The notes beneath the pieces are model-generated. The model did no database searches, was not told the origin of the DNA, and saw nothing but the letters and a program-made list of their open reading frames with translations. This document shows, piece after piece, positions 29,237-38,902 of a stretch of DNA of 64,000 nucleotides. A program made the position numbers and the translations under genes. This DNA is from Alphaproteobacteria bacterium (lineage in GTDB: Bacteria > Pseudomonadota > Alphaproteobacteria > JAIXQD01): NCBI GenBank assembly GCA_965246895.1, contig OZ251993.1, forward strand, positions 640,490 through 704,489, written 5' to 3'. Every line of letters begins with the position of its first letter. Within the stretch, counting starts at the first letter, position 1.

Positions 29237-30550
29237 CTATTGTATGGCTTGTTCGGTCAGCCGCACGCGCACCAGCGCACCCGCATCGGACAGCAGCACG
29301 ACGGGCGTATCGCCAACCTCGTAAACCGTCATCCCATCGGCGCTCGATACGCTGGCATCCCAGCTTGGTGAAATCATGGATAGCGGCGTGCGCACGAAAG
29401 TACGGTCGCCCACTTTGTAAGCAGCCGTGCGGCGGTCGGTGCCAGTGACTTTCAGCTTCTTGGCGCCCGAAGGTATGGAATTATCCAAGACGGACATGAT
29501 CACATCATCGCCCGCGGTAATCTTTTGCCGTTCGATTAACGAGACCTTTGCATTCGGCCCGTTCCGCGGAATGCGCGCATCGTAGCGGTAATGCACGATG
29601 TCACCGCCGGCCGAAAGGCGGAAGGTGATGGGTGTGGCCAAATCTTTCAGGCGTACCGATAGATTGCCGTAGCCATACCGTGTCATCGGGGTGATGCGGA
29701 TGATATGGCCGTTTGTTTCTGGCGCCGGAATATCGAAATTGCCGCCAACGCCGATATCGATGATTGGCCACGGCTGGCCGGTCGCATCCAACACGGTCAG
29801 CGTTGTCACATAGCCAACTGCAACAGCAATTTCCGGCGGCGCGACGCCAGGATCAAGGTTGATCGTCGTGACAGCTACTTCCGGCTTTGGCTGGCCATAG
29901 GACGGTGGTACGGAGGCATTCTGTGTATCCTCCATCTTTTTCATAACGCCGTTAATCTGGTCAGGCGACATTGGGAACAGTCCTTTGACGGCCGAATTAT
30001 AAGCGCGGTCGTTCATCTTCGCTTCGGACTGCGCGCGGTTGGCATCGGCCTGCGCGGCAACTTCTGCGGCGCGTGCAGCTTCCTCGGCCAAGGCGGCTTG
30101 CAAAGCTTCTGTTGTCTCGCGCGTGTTGGCTGGGCGCGGCGCAGTGTTAAGCGGCGCGTTCGGATCATTCGCTACCGAGGCCGCGGTCGAGCCGGGCACG
30201 TTGCCGTTGCTATCCGGTTGTTGGATCGGCGCTGCAGCCGTAGTTGGTTCTGATCCACCCAAGCCTGGGAAGCCGCTGTTCGGCACGCCTGGTGCGGTCG
30301 CCCCGCCTAAGGGGTTGCGGGCGTCGGACGCGGTCGGGTTTTGGCCAAGGCCGCCATCAGCAGCAGGGCTATTCATTTGGTTCGCAACGTTATTCGAGGC
30401 GCGGACCAGCGATGGGCCGGACGGGGGCGGATTACTCTGCGCAAGCACCGTTCCTGGCAGCGCCATCATTAAGGCAAGCAGTCCCGGCAGCAAATAGCGC
30501 CCGAACGGCGGCTTGAAAGCGGGTAAAACAGTCAGCATGGGCATAGGCAT
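29237..30550 (-). CDS. IcmK/DotH (TraN)-like outer-membrane-associated protein
   Basis: Signal peptide, ~110-aa Pro/Gly/Asn-rich disordered linker, conserved C-terminal beta-rich domain; synteny. Confidence 0.55.
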   Translation of the reverse strand: MPMPMLTVLPAFKPPFGRYLLPGLLALMMALPGTVLAQSNPPPSGPSLVRASNNVANQMNSPAADGGLGQNPTASDARNPLGGATAPGVPNSGFPGLGGSEPTTAAAPIQQPDSNGNVPGSTAASVANDPNAPLNTAPRPANTRETTEALQAALAEEAARAAEVAAQADANRAQSEAKMNDRAYNSAVKGLFPMSPDQINGVMKKMEDTQNASVPPSYGQPKPEVAVTTINLDPGVAPPEIAVAVGYVTTLTVLDATGQPWPIIDIGVGGNFDIPAPETNGHIIRITPMTRYGYGNLSVRLKDLATPITFRLSAGGDIVHYRYDARIPRNGPNAKVSLIERQKITAGDDVIMSVLDNSIPSGAKKLKVTGTDRRTAAYKVGDRTFVRTPLSMISPSWDASVSSADGMTVYEVGDTPVVLLSDAGALVRVRLTEQAIQ

Positions 30551-30705
30551 AAGAGGATGCGGCCAGTCTCTATAATAAAGGTAGATTCAGAGTTAATGGG
30601 ATTTGCCCGCCGTGTCGAGGGTGCTGGTGGCTTTAAGCCCTCAAATGGGCCTCATTACTGGATTAAAAGCCTCTGAATAGGACAGCGGCGTTGTCGCGCC
30701 GCAGA

Positions 30706-31536
30706 CTATCCGCCCTCAATCCAATTATTGATGCCAAGACCGGTCAGGTTATGCGTCGGTGGCACGGTTACGACTTCCAGCGTTAAAATGCGGCGACTTG
30801 CGTCTGTCTGCTTACCAGATAGCACCGTGACCATGATTGGCAATTGGATCAGCCATGATTTCGTGGCGTCAGGACGTTCTTCCATATGCACGATCACGGG
30901 TGCGCCAACTGGGGCTGCCGTCACAACCTGTTCCTTGGTGACGATACGCTGCATTAGCTGTGATTTATCGACGGCAGTGGCAAAAGCCTTCCAGCCGCGA
31001 TCGGTGAATTGGTCGCGGCTCGCTTGCAGGCGTTCATTCACATTGTGAAAGCCAAAATTCATGATGCTGGTAACTTCTGCACCGGCCCAAGACAGCACCG
31101 CTTGCTGTGTATAAGTAGGCGTTGCCAGCGGGGTCAGATATCGCGCGCGACCTTCAGTATTAGTGGCCGCGTAAACGCCGTTGTCGTTTTTTTGGTCAAG
31201 CGAGAAGACCAAGGTTGCGGCTATCAAAATTAAAACGAGAGCTTGGCTGACGATTACAAATCGCAGCCGCGCGATCGAAACTGTGCCACGTGCGGCATCC
31301 AGCACAAAAGCGGGGTGCGCGGCCATGCGCGTTTCGACATGCTGCATAATGGCAGCCGCCCCGCGATAAGCTTGATGTAAGCCGCCGGTTTTAATTTTTG
31401 AATTGGCCGGTAATTGCGGCCGGCTTTTATCCAGCCGCGCCTGTTTGATCGATTTTGCCACGGCTTCGGCAATGCGCGAACTATCGCCCGCATCGGCAGT
31501 GGTAAAAGGGCGATCCGGATCGTAATCAGAAGACAT
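30706..31536 (-). CDS. IcmL/DotI (TraM)-like protein, paralog 2
   Basis: Single TM then ~160-aa periplasmic domain; paralogous to 31540..32265 (DRGWKAF / GLGINNWIEGG versus TRGWDTY / GIGIDQWILTG). Confidence 0.5.
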   Translation of the reverse strand: MSSDYDPDRPFTTADAGDSSRIAEAVAKSIKQARLDKSRPQLPANSKIKTGGLHQAYRGAAAIMQHVETRMAAHPAFVLDAARGTVSIARLRFVIVSQALVLILIAATLVFSLDQKNDNGVYAATNTEGRARYLTPLATPTYTQQAVLSWAGAEVTSIMNFGFHNVNERLQASRDQFTDRGWKAFATAVDKSQLMQRIVTKEQVVTAAPVGAPVIVHMEERPDATKSWLIQLPIMVTVLSGKQTDASRRILTLEVVTVPPTHNLTGLGINNWIEGG

Positions 31537-31539
31537 TGA

Positions 31540-32265
31540 TTACTGCTTGCCTGTCAAAATCCATTGATCGATGCCAATGCCGTCTGGATTCTCAAGATTA
31601 GGCACGCGCTGCACAACCAGCGTCAAATCGCCCGTTGTTGGCTGTGGCTTTTCACCTACGCCCAGATACTCGATCGCATATGGAAATTTCAGTACCCACT
31701 GATAGACGCCGTTGACAACGCCTTGCCGCACAATCTGCGGGGCCGCACCGGGCGTGCCTTTAATATTTAGCTGCCGCTTGTCCATCGTCTCGATAATGCG
31801 GGCACTGTTCAATGCGGAAATATAGGTGTCCCAGCCGCGCGTCGTGAATTTGGGCGAAGCCGCCTGCAGCCGCATCCGGTAATCGCTGTAGGCGAAGGTC
31901 ATGGCTTCGGTCGCAGCCTGGCTGGCCCAGGCGACCACATCTTGGCGGTACGGCTGATCAAGCGGCACGATATCGATAATGCGCCCATCGGCGGTCGTCG
32001 CAAAGAAGCGGTAGCGCGGCTGGCTAAACAGGAAATAACCGATCAGAATGCCGAGCAATACCAAGATCGCGATCAGTTGCAGCAAGGCGATCCGAATTAG
32101 GGAGCGATAACCATCCTGATAGAACGCGTTGCGCGTAAAAATGGTATGGACAGCATCGCCCCCGCGCACCGCATCCGGGTCGGCAGTGACGGCACGCGCA
32201 GGCACTTTGGCGGTTGCCTTGGCCATTGGTTTTTTTGCAAGCGGCGCTTGGGTGTTCGGAGCCAT
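31540..32265 (-). CDS. IcmL/DotI (TraM)-like protein, paralog 1
   Basis: Same architecture; start ATG overlaps dcp stop (TGATG). Confidence 0.5.
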   Translation of the reverse strand: MAPNTQAPLAKKPMAKATAKVPARAVTADPDAVRGGDAVHTIFTRNAFYQDGYRSLIRIALLQLIAILVLLGILIGYFLFSQPRYRFFATTADGRIIDIVPLDQPYRQDVVAWASQAATEAMTFAYSDYRMRLQAASPKFTTRGWDTYISALNSARIIETMDKRQLNIKGTPGAAPQIVRQGVVNGVYQWVLKFPYAIEYLGVGEKPQPTTGDLTLVVQRVPNLENPDGIGIDQWILTGKQ

Positions 32266-34391
32266 CAGGTCGCTACCTTTGCTGAGCTATGAGTCTGGCT
32301 ATTGTCGTTCAAAAAGCCGAAATTGCGCAAGAGCGGTTCCGTGCCTGCATCGCGCCCGCGGAACTTGCGATAAAGCTCAGCCGGATCCTCGCTATCGCCC
32401 GCGCTATAGACGTAATCGTGCAGTTTCTGCGCAGTTGCAGGGTCAAATACGTTGCCAGTTTCTTTAAATGCCTCGAAAGCATCTGCATCCAAAACTTGAG
32501 CCCAGAGATAGCTGTAATAGCCGGACGCATAACCGGTCGGGTTGTCGAACAGATGGCCGAAACTGGTTGATCTGTAAAATGGCTGCGCTGTTTCTGGCAC
32601 TTCGAGACGCTGATAAAGGTCTCTTTCGAATGCGCGCAGATCATCGACATCAGCGTCATCCGTCAAAGCGTGCCACGCTAAATCTAATTGGATCGAAGCA
32701 ACAAAACCCGCGGCAAAATTACCTTGCTTAAAGCGCTTTGATTGCCGAATTTTTTCGCGCAAAATCTGCGGCATCGGTTCACCGGATTTATAGTGCTTCG
32801 CATAAGTTCCCAGCACCTCGTCCGTCATCAGCCAATGTTCAAATAGTTGTGATGGCAACTCAACAAAATCCCATTTTACATTTGTGCCCGCTAACGATGG
32901 ATAGTCGGCTTTTGTCAGCATGCCGTGCAGCGCATGTCCAAATTCGTGGAACACAGTTTCAGCATCACGCAGCGATAACAAGCATGCATCGCCTGTTGCG
33001 GGTTTATTGAAATTGCAAACATTATAGATGATGGGCGTTTTCTGCTCGTCAGGCGCTAGCGGGTTATAGCCGCGCAGTTCGCTCATCCAGGCGCCGCCTC
33101 GCTTCGAGGGGCGTGCATAGAAGTCGCCCAGGAATAACGCGCGGTGCGTGCCATCGGCATTCAATACCTCCCAGGCGCGCACGTCCGAGTGATACAGCGA
33201 CAAGCCGCTGACCTCTTTGAACGTAATGCCAAATAGGTTGGTTGCAGTCGCAAAAACACCTTTCAATACTTGGTCGAGCGTCAGATATTGCTTGGCTTCC
33301 TCTGCATCAAAATCAACTAGCTTCTTACGCAGGATGTTGGCGTAATAGGCCCAGTCCCACGGTTTGATTTCAGCATTATGGCCAAGGTCACGGGCCAAGT
33401 CTTCAAGTTCAATTTTTTCGGCGAGCGCCGCCGGGCGCGCATGTGTCCAAACTTCATTTAACAGCGTCTGAACATTGGCTGGTTTCTTCGCCATGCGGTC
33501 AGCCAGCACATAATCGTTGAAGCTGACATAGCCCATTTCGCGCGCTAGGGCGCGGCGCAGCTTCACAATCTCCAATACAATAATTTTATTGTCGTGCGCA
33601 TTATCACGGTCGCCGCGATCGTTCAAAGCTTTCCACAAATCTTCGCGCAGTTCTCTCCGCGGCGAGTGCATCATGAAAGCGCTGCGGTTCGAGCCGTTTA
33701 ACGTAATGATGTGCTGGCCTTGCAAATCATGCTCGGCCGCGGTTGCTGCCGCCGCGGCAATAACGGACTCTGGCAAACCTTCAAAGTCTTTTTCGTCTTT
33801 CAGCACCAGCATATAATCATTCTGCTCGGCTAGCTTGTTTTGGCTAAATTGCGTGGTCAATTCCGATAGCTTGATGTTGATGGCGCCTACGCGCTTTTTC
33901 GCATTCTCGCCTAGCTTCGCACCGCTTTCGACGAAATCCCGGTGATACTTTTCTACTAGCCGTTGGGCTTGCGGGGGCAGCTTGGCGCGCGCTTCATAAA
34001 CTGAATCGATGCGCGCAAACAGCGCTGCATTCAGCATAACGCTATTGCCATGTTCCGCTAACTGCGGCGCAATCTCGGTTTCAGTCTTTTGCAAAGCCTC
34101 ATTTGTATCAGCGCCAGTTAAAGCCCCAAACAAATTATGAATGCGGCTCAGCAACGCGCCTGCCGTTTCCATCGCGATGATCGTATTTTCAAAAGTCGGC
34201 GCGTCAGTGTTGTTCGCGATCGCGTCGATCTCGGCCTGCGCCTGCTTGATGCCTTCGCGCAAAGCGGGCAGATAATGCTCCGACTTGATGGCGGCGAAAG
34301 GTGGCAGGCCAAACGGCGTTTGCCAAACAGTGAGAAGCGGATTGGCCAAAAGGTCGGAATGCGTATCAGTCATGCCTTCTAATATAGGCAC
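32265..34391 (-). CDS. dcp: Peptidyl-dipeptidase Dcp (M3 family zinc metallopeptidase)
   Basis: HEFGHALH zinc motif; colinear with recalled E. coli Dcp throughout. Confidence 0.9.
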   Translation of the reverse strand: MPILEGMTDTHSDLLANPLLTVWQTPFGLPPFAAIKSEHYLPALREGIKQAQAEIDAIANNTDAPTFENTIIAMETAGALLSRIHNLFGALTGADTNEALQKTETEIAPQLAEHGNSVMLNAALFARIDSVYEARAKLPPQAQRLVEKYHRDFVESGAKLGENAKKRVGAINIKLSELTTQFSQNKLAEQNDYMLVLKDEKDFEGLPESVIAAAAATAAEHDLQGQHIITLNGSNRSAFMMHSPRRELREDLWKALNDRGDRDNAHDNKIIVLEIVKLRRALAREMGYVSFNDYVLADRMAKKPANVQTLLNEVWTHARPAALAEKIELEDLARDLGHNAEIKPWDWAYYANILRKKLVDFDAEEAKQYLTLDQVLKGVFATATNLFGITFKEVSGLSLYHSDVRAWEVLNADGTHRALFLGDFYARPSKRGGAWMSELRGYNPLAPDEQKTPIIYNVCNFNKPATGDACLLSLRDAETVFHEFGHALHGMLTKADYPSLAGTNVKWDFVELPSQLFEHWLMTDEVLGTYAKHYKSGEPMPQILREKIRQSKRFKQGNFAAGFVASIQLDLAWHALTDDADVDDLRAFERDLYQRLEVPETAQPFYRSTSFGHLFDNPTGYASGYYSYLWAQVLDADAFEAFKETGNVFDPATAQKLHDYVYSAGDSEDPAELYRKFRGRDAGTEPLLRNFGFLNDNSQTHSSAKVAT

Positions 34392-34406
34392 GAACCTTAA
34401 AATTTC

Positions 34407-34904
34407 CTACATATCGCCGAAATCGAGATCGGGCAGGCGCGCGCCGGCCTCATATTCAGTCGAGCCCTTGCATTTCGGGCAAATTCGATTGTGCCGCCCT
34501 TGGCTTTGAAAGGGCACAACGCACATTAAACAGACGCGGGTCGCCACGCCCTCCTTGGGCGCCAGCGCTTCCTTTAGCTCCGCACTGCGGACGCGGCTAC
34601 GCTCCGTCTGGCGCACCCGCACCTCATCAGGGGAGCGCATCACGCGCTTCCGGCCCGGCGCGGCCCGGCGGGGGAGGCCGAGCCGTGCGGCGCGGGTCAT
34701 AATGGCGGGAACAGAGCGGCTCAGCTGCGCGCTGATCAATTCTGGTGACAGGTTACGGTGCCAAAGATCGCGGAGGATATTATCCTGCATGGCCCAGCTG
34801 GCCGGAATGCCGTCAGCCATAACCTCTTGGGCATTATCCTGCCGCAGCACGCTTGCGAAAGAGATTTCGGTGGCAGTTGGGGTCAAAACGTTCGTCGTCA
34901 TCAA
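34407..34904 (-). CDS. gcrA: GcrA-family cell-cycle regulator
   Basis: N-terminal W...LSPELISAQLSRSVPAIMTRAARLGL; C-terminal Cys-containing conserved region. Confidence 0.6.
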   Translation of the reverse strand: MMTTNVLTPTATEISFASVLRQDNAQEVMADGIPASWAMQDNILRDLWHRNLSPELISAQLSRSVPAIMTRAARLGLPRRAAPGRKRVMRSPDEVRVRQTERSRVRSAELKEALAPKEGVATRVCLMCVVPFQSQGRHNRICPKCKGSTEYEAGARLPDLDFGDM

Positions 34905-35044
34905 TCATCCCATATCCGTAATGCTCAGCCCGGTGATACGGGTGCAGCGTTTCTGGCTCTGGTTCAGATTGTGCAGAACAAACGTCAAAGCTAGGTTAAT
35001 TGCTAAATCAACATGATAAAATTAATCTTAAATTTTAGGCTTTA

Positions 35045-35103
35045 TTAACGCTCTTAACCGGCTTAACAAGGCGGTGCTTGGCGGATTTCCATAAAGCCTT
35101 AAC
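35045..35103. promoter_or_regulatory. Cluster of four TTAAC pentamers (three in 9-bp register) in the gcrA/acnA divergent promoter region
   Basis: TTAAC at ~35045, 35054, 35063, 35099; CtrA half-site-like. Confidence 0.3.
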
Positions 35104-35155
35104 GCTTTGCCCTTACGGTGCCGCAAGAACCGCTTTTTCTCGGAGATAATAAGAC

Positions 35156-37897
35156 ATGACTGACACGCTCAAGACCCGCCAAACGCTGACTGTGGGCGAT
35201 CAGACCTACGATTATTATTCAATCGCCACAGCGGAACAGGCATTAGGTGTCAGCTTTAAAGCGTTGCCTTATAGCTTGAAAATTCTTCTGGAAAATCTGC
35301 TGCGTTTTGAAGATGGCCGCAGCGTCACGACTGGCGACATCAAAGCACTCTCGCAGTGGCTGGCTGATAAGAAAAGCGATCGCGAAATCGCCTATCGTCC
35401 TGCACGGGTGCTAATGCAGGATTTCACTGGCGTGCCGGCCGTGGCCGATTTGGCCGCGATGCGCGACGGCATGGTCGATCTTGGTGGCAATCCGCAGAAG
35501 ATCAACCCGCTCTGCGATGTCGATCTTGTGATTGATCACTCGGTCATGGTCGATTATTCGGCGACGCCGCAAGCCTTCGCGCAAAACGTCGACCGCGAGT
35601 TTGAACGCAATGGCGAACGCTATGCCTTCCTGCGCTGGGCGCAGACAGCCTTCGATAATTTCCGCGTGGTGCCTCCGGGCACCGGTATCTGCCATCAGGT
35701 CAATCTCGAATATCTGGCGCAGGTTGTCTGGACGCGGAAGGATGGGGACAAGATTATCGCACTGCCCGATACCTGTGTCGGCACCGACAGCCACACCACC
35801 ATGGTCAATGGGTTGGGCGTGCTCGGTTGGGGCGTCGGCGGGATCGAAGCCGAAGCCGCGATGCTGGGCCAGCCGGTCTCGATGCTGATCCCCGAAGTCG
35901 TCGGCATGAAGCTGACGGGCAAGCTGCCGGAAGGCGCCACCGCGACTGACCTCGTGCTGGTCGTCACGCAAATGCTGCGCAAAAAAGGCGTCGTCGGCAA
36001 GTTCGTCGAATTCTACGGCGAAGGCGTCTCGCAATTGCCGCTGTCTGACCGCGCGACCATCGCCAATATGGCGCCCGAATATGGCGCCACCTGCGGCATC
36101 TTCCCGATCGACGATAAGACGCTGGCTTATCTGCGCTTCTCTGGCCGCGACGAAGCGCGCGTGCAACTGGTCGAGGCTTATGCCAAAGCGCAAGGCATGT
36201 GGTTCGACCCGAACGAGGAAAAGATTTTCACTGATACCATCGCGCTTGATCTTGGTAGCGTTGTGCCGTGCTTGGCTGGGCCAAAGCGCCCGCAGGATAA
36301 GATCGAGCTCTCGAAAGCGATGAGCAGCTTCGCCAGCGATCTCACCAGCGAGAAGGTGTTCAACGTCACCGACACCGCTGCTGAATCGCCAGTCGCCAAT
36401 ACCAACTACAGCATGCATCACGGCGATGTCGTGATCGCAGCCATCACCAGCTGCACCAATACCTCGAACCCCAGCGTGATGATCGCGGCTGGTTTGGTTG
36501 CGCGAAAAGCGCGTGCGAAAGGCTTGATGACGAAGCCGTGGGTCAAAACCTCGATGGCGCCGGGCAGCCAGGTCGTCACTGATTATTATAATGCTTCCGG
36601 CCTTACCGCCGATCTCGACGCGATGGGCTTCAACCTTGTCGGCTATGGCTGCACGACCTGTATTGGTAATTCCGGCCCGATCGACGCCGATGTATCGGCC
36701 GCAATCAAGGCGAAAGATCTCGTCGCATGCTCGGTGCTCTCCGGCAATCGCAATTTCGAAGGCCGCGTGCATCCGCAGACACAGGCGAATTATCTCATGT
36801 CGCCGCCGCTGGTCGTGGCTTACGCCATTGCTGGCACGATGCTGAAAGATATCGCGACTGAGCCGCTTGGCATGGGCAGCGATGGGCAGCCTGTCTACTT
36901 GCGCGATATCTGGCCGACCAATCAGGAAGTCGAAGATACGCTGAACGCTGCACTCACGCCCGCCATGTTCCGCAGCCGCTATGCGGATGTTTTCACTGGG
37001 CCAAACGAATGGCGTACGATCAAGGTCAAGGAATCCGAAACCTACGATTGGCAAGGCAACTCCACCTACGTCAAGCTGCCGCCATATTTCAGCAAGCTGA
37101 AAGCAGCAGAAGCGGGGCATACCAGCAGCGTTGGCGCGCTGCATGACGTCAAGAACGCGCGCCTGTTGGCCGTGTTCGGCGACAACGTCACGACCGACCA
37201 TATCTCTCCCGCGGGCGATATCAAGAAAGGCGGCCCGGCTGGCGAATATTTGATGGCGCATAATGTCGCGCCGATCGACTTCAACAGCTTTGGCGCGCGC
37301 CGTGGCAATCATGAAATCATGATGCGCGGCACCTTTGCCAATATCCGCATCAAGAACGAGTTGAACGCCGAAGGCGGACCGAAGTCGGTCACGCCGGAAA
37401 CGGTCGGCACCGTGCCGGAAGGCGGCAATACCGTGCATTATCCGGATGGCGCCAAGCTCTCGATCTATGATGCCGCCATGCAGTATCGCGCCGAGGGTGT
37501 TGCCACGATGATCATCGCCGGCAAGGAATATGGCATGGGCAGTTCGCGCGATTGGGCGGCGAAGGGACCGAAGCTCCTTGGCGTCGAATGCGTGATCGCT
37601 GAAAGCTTCGAGCGCATCCACCGCTCAAATCTCGTCGGCATGGGCATCATGCCGCTGGAATTCACGAACGGGATGACGCGCTTCGACCTCAAGCTGAATG
37701 GTGACGAAACCTTCACCGTCTCCGGCATCAGTGTCGATATCCAGCCGCGGCAGGAACTCAAGGTCGTGATGACGCGCAGCACTGGCGAGACGATGGAATT
37801 GACCACCCGCTGCCGCATCGATACGCTGGACGAGGTCGATTACATGAAGGCGGATGGCATCCTGCCGTTCGTGCTGAAGCGACTGGCAGCAGCTTAA
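35156..37897 (+). CDS. acnA: Aconitate hydratase A
   Basis: 913 aa; Fe-S cluster Cys ligands and aconitase signature regions. Confidence 0.95.
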   Translation: MTDTLKTRQTLTVGDQTYDYYSIATAEQALGVSFKALPYSLKILLENLLRFEDGRSVTTGDIKALSQWLADKKSDREIAYRPARVLMQDFTGVPAVADLAAMRDGMVDLGGNPQKINPLCDVDLVIDHSVMVDYSATPQAFAQNVDREFERNGERYAFLRWAQTAFDNFRVVPPGTGICHQVNLEYLAQVVWTRKDGDKIIALPDTCVGTDSHTTMVNGLGVLGWGVGGIEAEAAMLGQPVSMLIPEVVGMKLTGKLPEGATATDLVLVVTQMLRKKGVVGKFVEFYGEGVSQLPLSDRATIANMAPEYGATCGIFPIDDKTLAYLRFSGRDEARVQLVEAYAKAQGMWFDPNEEKIFTDTIALDLGSVVPCLAGPKRPQDKIELSKAMSSFASDLTSEKVFNVTDTAAESPVANTNYSMHHGDVVIAAITSCTNTSNPSVMIAAGLVARKARAKGLMTKPWVKTSMAPGSQVVTDYYNASGLTADLDAMGFNLVGYGCTTCIGNSGPIDADVSAAIKAKDLVACSVLSGNRNFEGRVHPQTQANYLMSPPLVVAYAIAGTMLKDIATEPLGMGSDGQPVYLRDIWPTNQEVEDTLNAALTPAMFRSRYADVFTGPNEWRTIKVKESETYDWQGNSTYVKLPPYFSKLKAAEAGHTSSVGALHDVKNARLLAVFGDNVTTDHISPAGDIKKGGPAGEYLMAHNVAPIDFNSFGARRGNHEIMMRGTFANIRIKNELNAEGGPKSVTPETVGTVPEGGNTVHYPDGAKLSIYDAAMQYRAEGVATMIIAGKEYGMGSSRDWAAKGPKLLGVECVIAESFERIHRSNLVGMGIMPLEFTNGMTRFDLKLNGDETFTVSGISVDIQPRQELKVVMTRSTGETMELTTRCRIDTLDEVDYMKADGILPFVLKRLAAA

Positions 37898-37904
37898 AGC
37901 AATT

Positions 37905-37931
37905 AAGCCGGCAGAAATGCCGGGCTTTTTT
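37905..37931 (+). terminator. Rho-independent terminator of acnA
   Basis: agccggca-gaaa-tgccgggct followed by TTTTTT. Confidence 0.7.
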
Positions 37932-37949
37932 CTCATAAGGAGTCACCTC

Positions 37950-38879
37950 ATGTCCTACATGGCCTTGTTCATCCTTGCCCTGATCGTCATTGGGTTGTTC
38001 GATGCGTTCTTCACCGTGCCGCAGGGTTACGAGCGGCTGGTGACGCGCTTCGGCAAGTCTGTTGGCGAGCCGCGGATCGCCGGGCTCAATTTCAAGCTGC
38101 CCTACATCGACCGGCCGACCGCGCCCGTCTCGACGCAGTTGCAGCAGGTGAAAGATAAGCTCGCCACCAAGACGCACGACAATATTTTCGTCGAGCTGCC
38201 AATCTCGATCCAGTATCAAGTGCGCGACACGGCGCAATATATCTTTGCGAACGACGATCCGATCGCGCAGATGCAGGCGCTCGTCAATGCCAGCGTCCGC
38301 ACGCATACGTCCGACAAGGACTTCCAGCATCTCTACAGCGACCGTGACGAGATCAGCCAGCTCGTCATCAAGGATATCGCGATGAATATGCAGGATTACG
38401 GTGTGGTGCTAACGCGTATTGTGATTGACGAACCGCACGCACCGCAGGAAATCCAGATCGCCTACAACAAAGTCCGCGCCAGCGAACGCGCCATGGAAGC
38501 CGCTAAAAACGAAGCCGAAGCCAATTACATCCGCCGCGTCAAGGATGCCGAAGCCGACAAGCAGCGTAATATTCTGATAGGCGAGGGCGTGGCCGGCTTC
38601 CGCCAGAGCATCTCGAACAATTATCTGCAGATGCAGAAGAAGTTTCAGGAGGCCGGCGTGCCGACCGAAAGCGCGACCGAGATCATGGCCAAAACCATGT
38701 ATCTCGATACGATCCGCGACGTTGGTGACAAGGGCAATATGATCATCGTCATGGCTGACGGCGGTCATGGTGGGCATGCTGATGTCGCGATGCCGCTACT
38801 CGGCAAGCTTCTGCAGAACAAGGAAGACAAACCTGCGGCAACCGATCAATCCGATAAGGCAGCAAAAGTTTGGAGTTAA
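37950..38879 (+). CDS. SPFH/band-7 (stomatin/prohibitin-like) protein
   Basis: RBS AAGGAG 8 nt upstream of ATG 37950; track start 37917 lies inside the acnA terminator. Confidence 0.75.
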   Translation: MSYMALFILALIVIGLFDAFFTVPQGYERLVTRFGKSVGEPRIAGLNFKLPYIDRPTAPVSTQLQQVKDKLATKTHDNIFVELPISIQYQVRDTAQYIFANDDPIAQMQALVNASVRTHTSDKDFQHLYSDRDEISQLVIKDIAMNMQDYGVVLTRIVIDEPHAPQEIQIAYNKVRASERAMEAAKNEAEANYIRRVKDAEADKQRNILIGEGVAGFRQSISNNYLQMQKKFQEAGVPTESATEIMAKTMYLDTIRDVGDKGNMIIVMADGGHGGHADVAMPLLGKLLQNKEDKPAATDQSDKAAKVWS

Positions 38880-38902
38880 GACCGCAAGCTTATATTATTT
38901 CC

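Noticed and set aside
35045-35067. Full CtrA box
   Set aside because: The spacing is TTAA-N5-TTAAC rather than TTAA-N7-TTAAC, so only half-sites are claimed.
35411-37621. 736-aa antisense ORF inside acnA, and many other long antisense or alternate-frame ORFs (for example 16376..18149 inside the 795-aa gene; 19291..19968 in hslO; 40047..40985 opposite GDPD/NUDIX; 47578..48357 in ccmF; 26715..27686 and 28628..29216 in the Icm-like genes)
   Set aside because: High GC with third-position bias produces long stop-free antisense frames. All overlap genes with strong family signatures, and they show Arg/Ala/Pro-rich junk composition.
37917-37949. Upstream extension of the SPFH gene (track start 37917)
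   Set aside because: It would begin inside the acnA terminator hairpin. ATG 37950 has an AAGGAG RBS.
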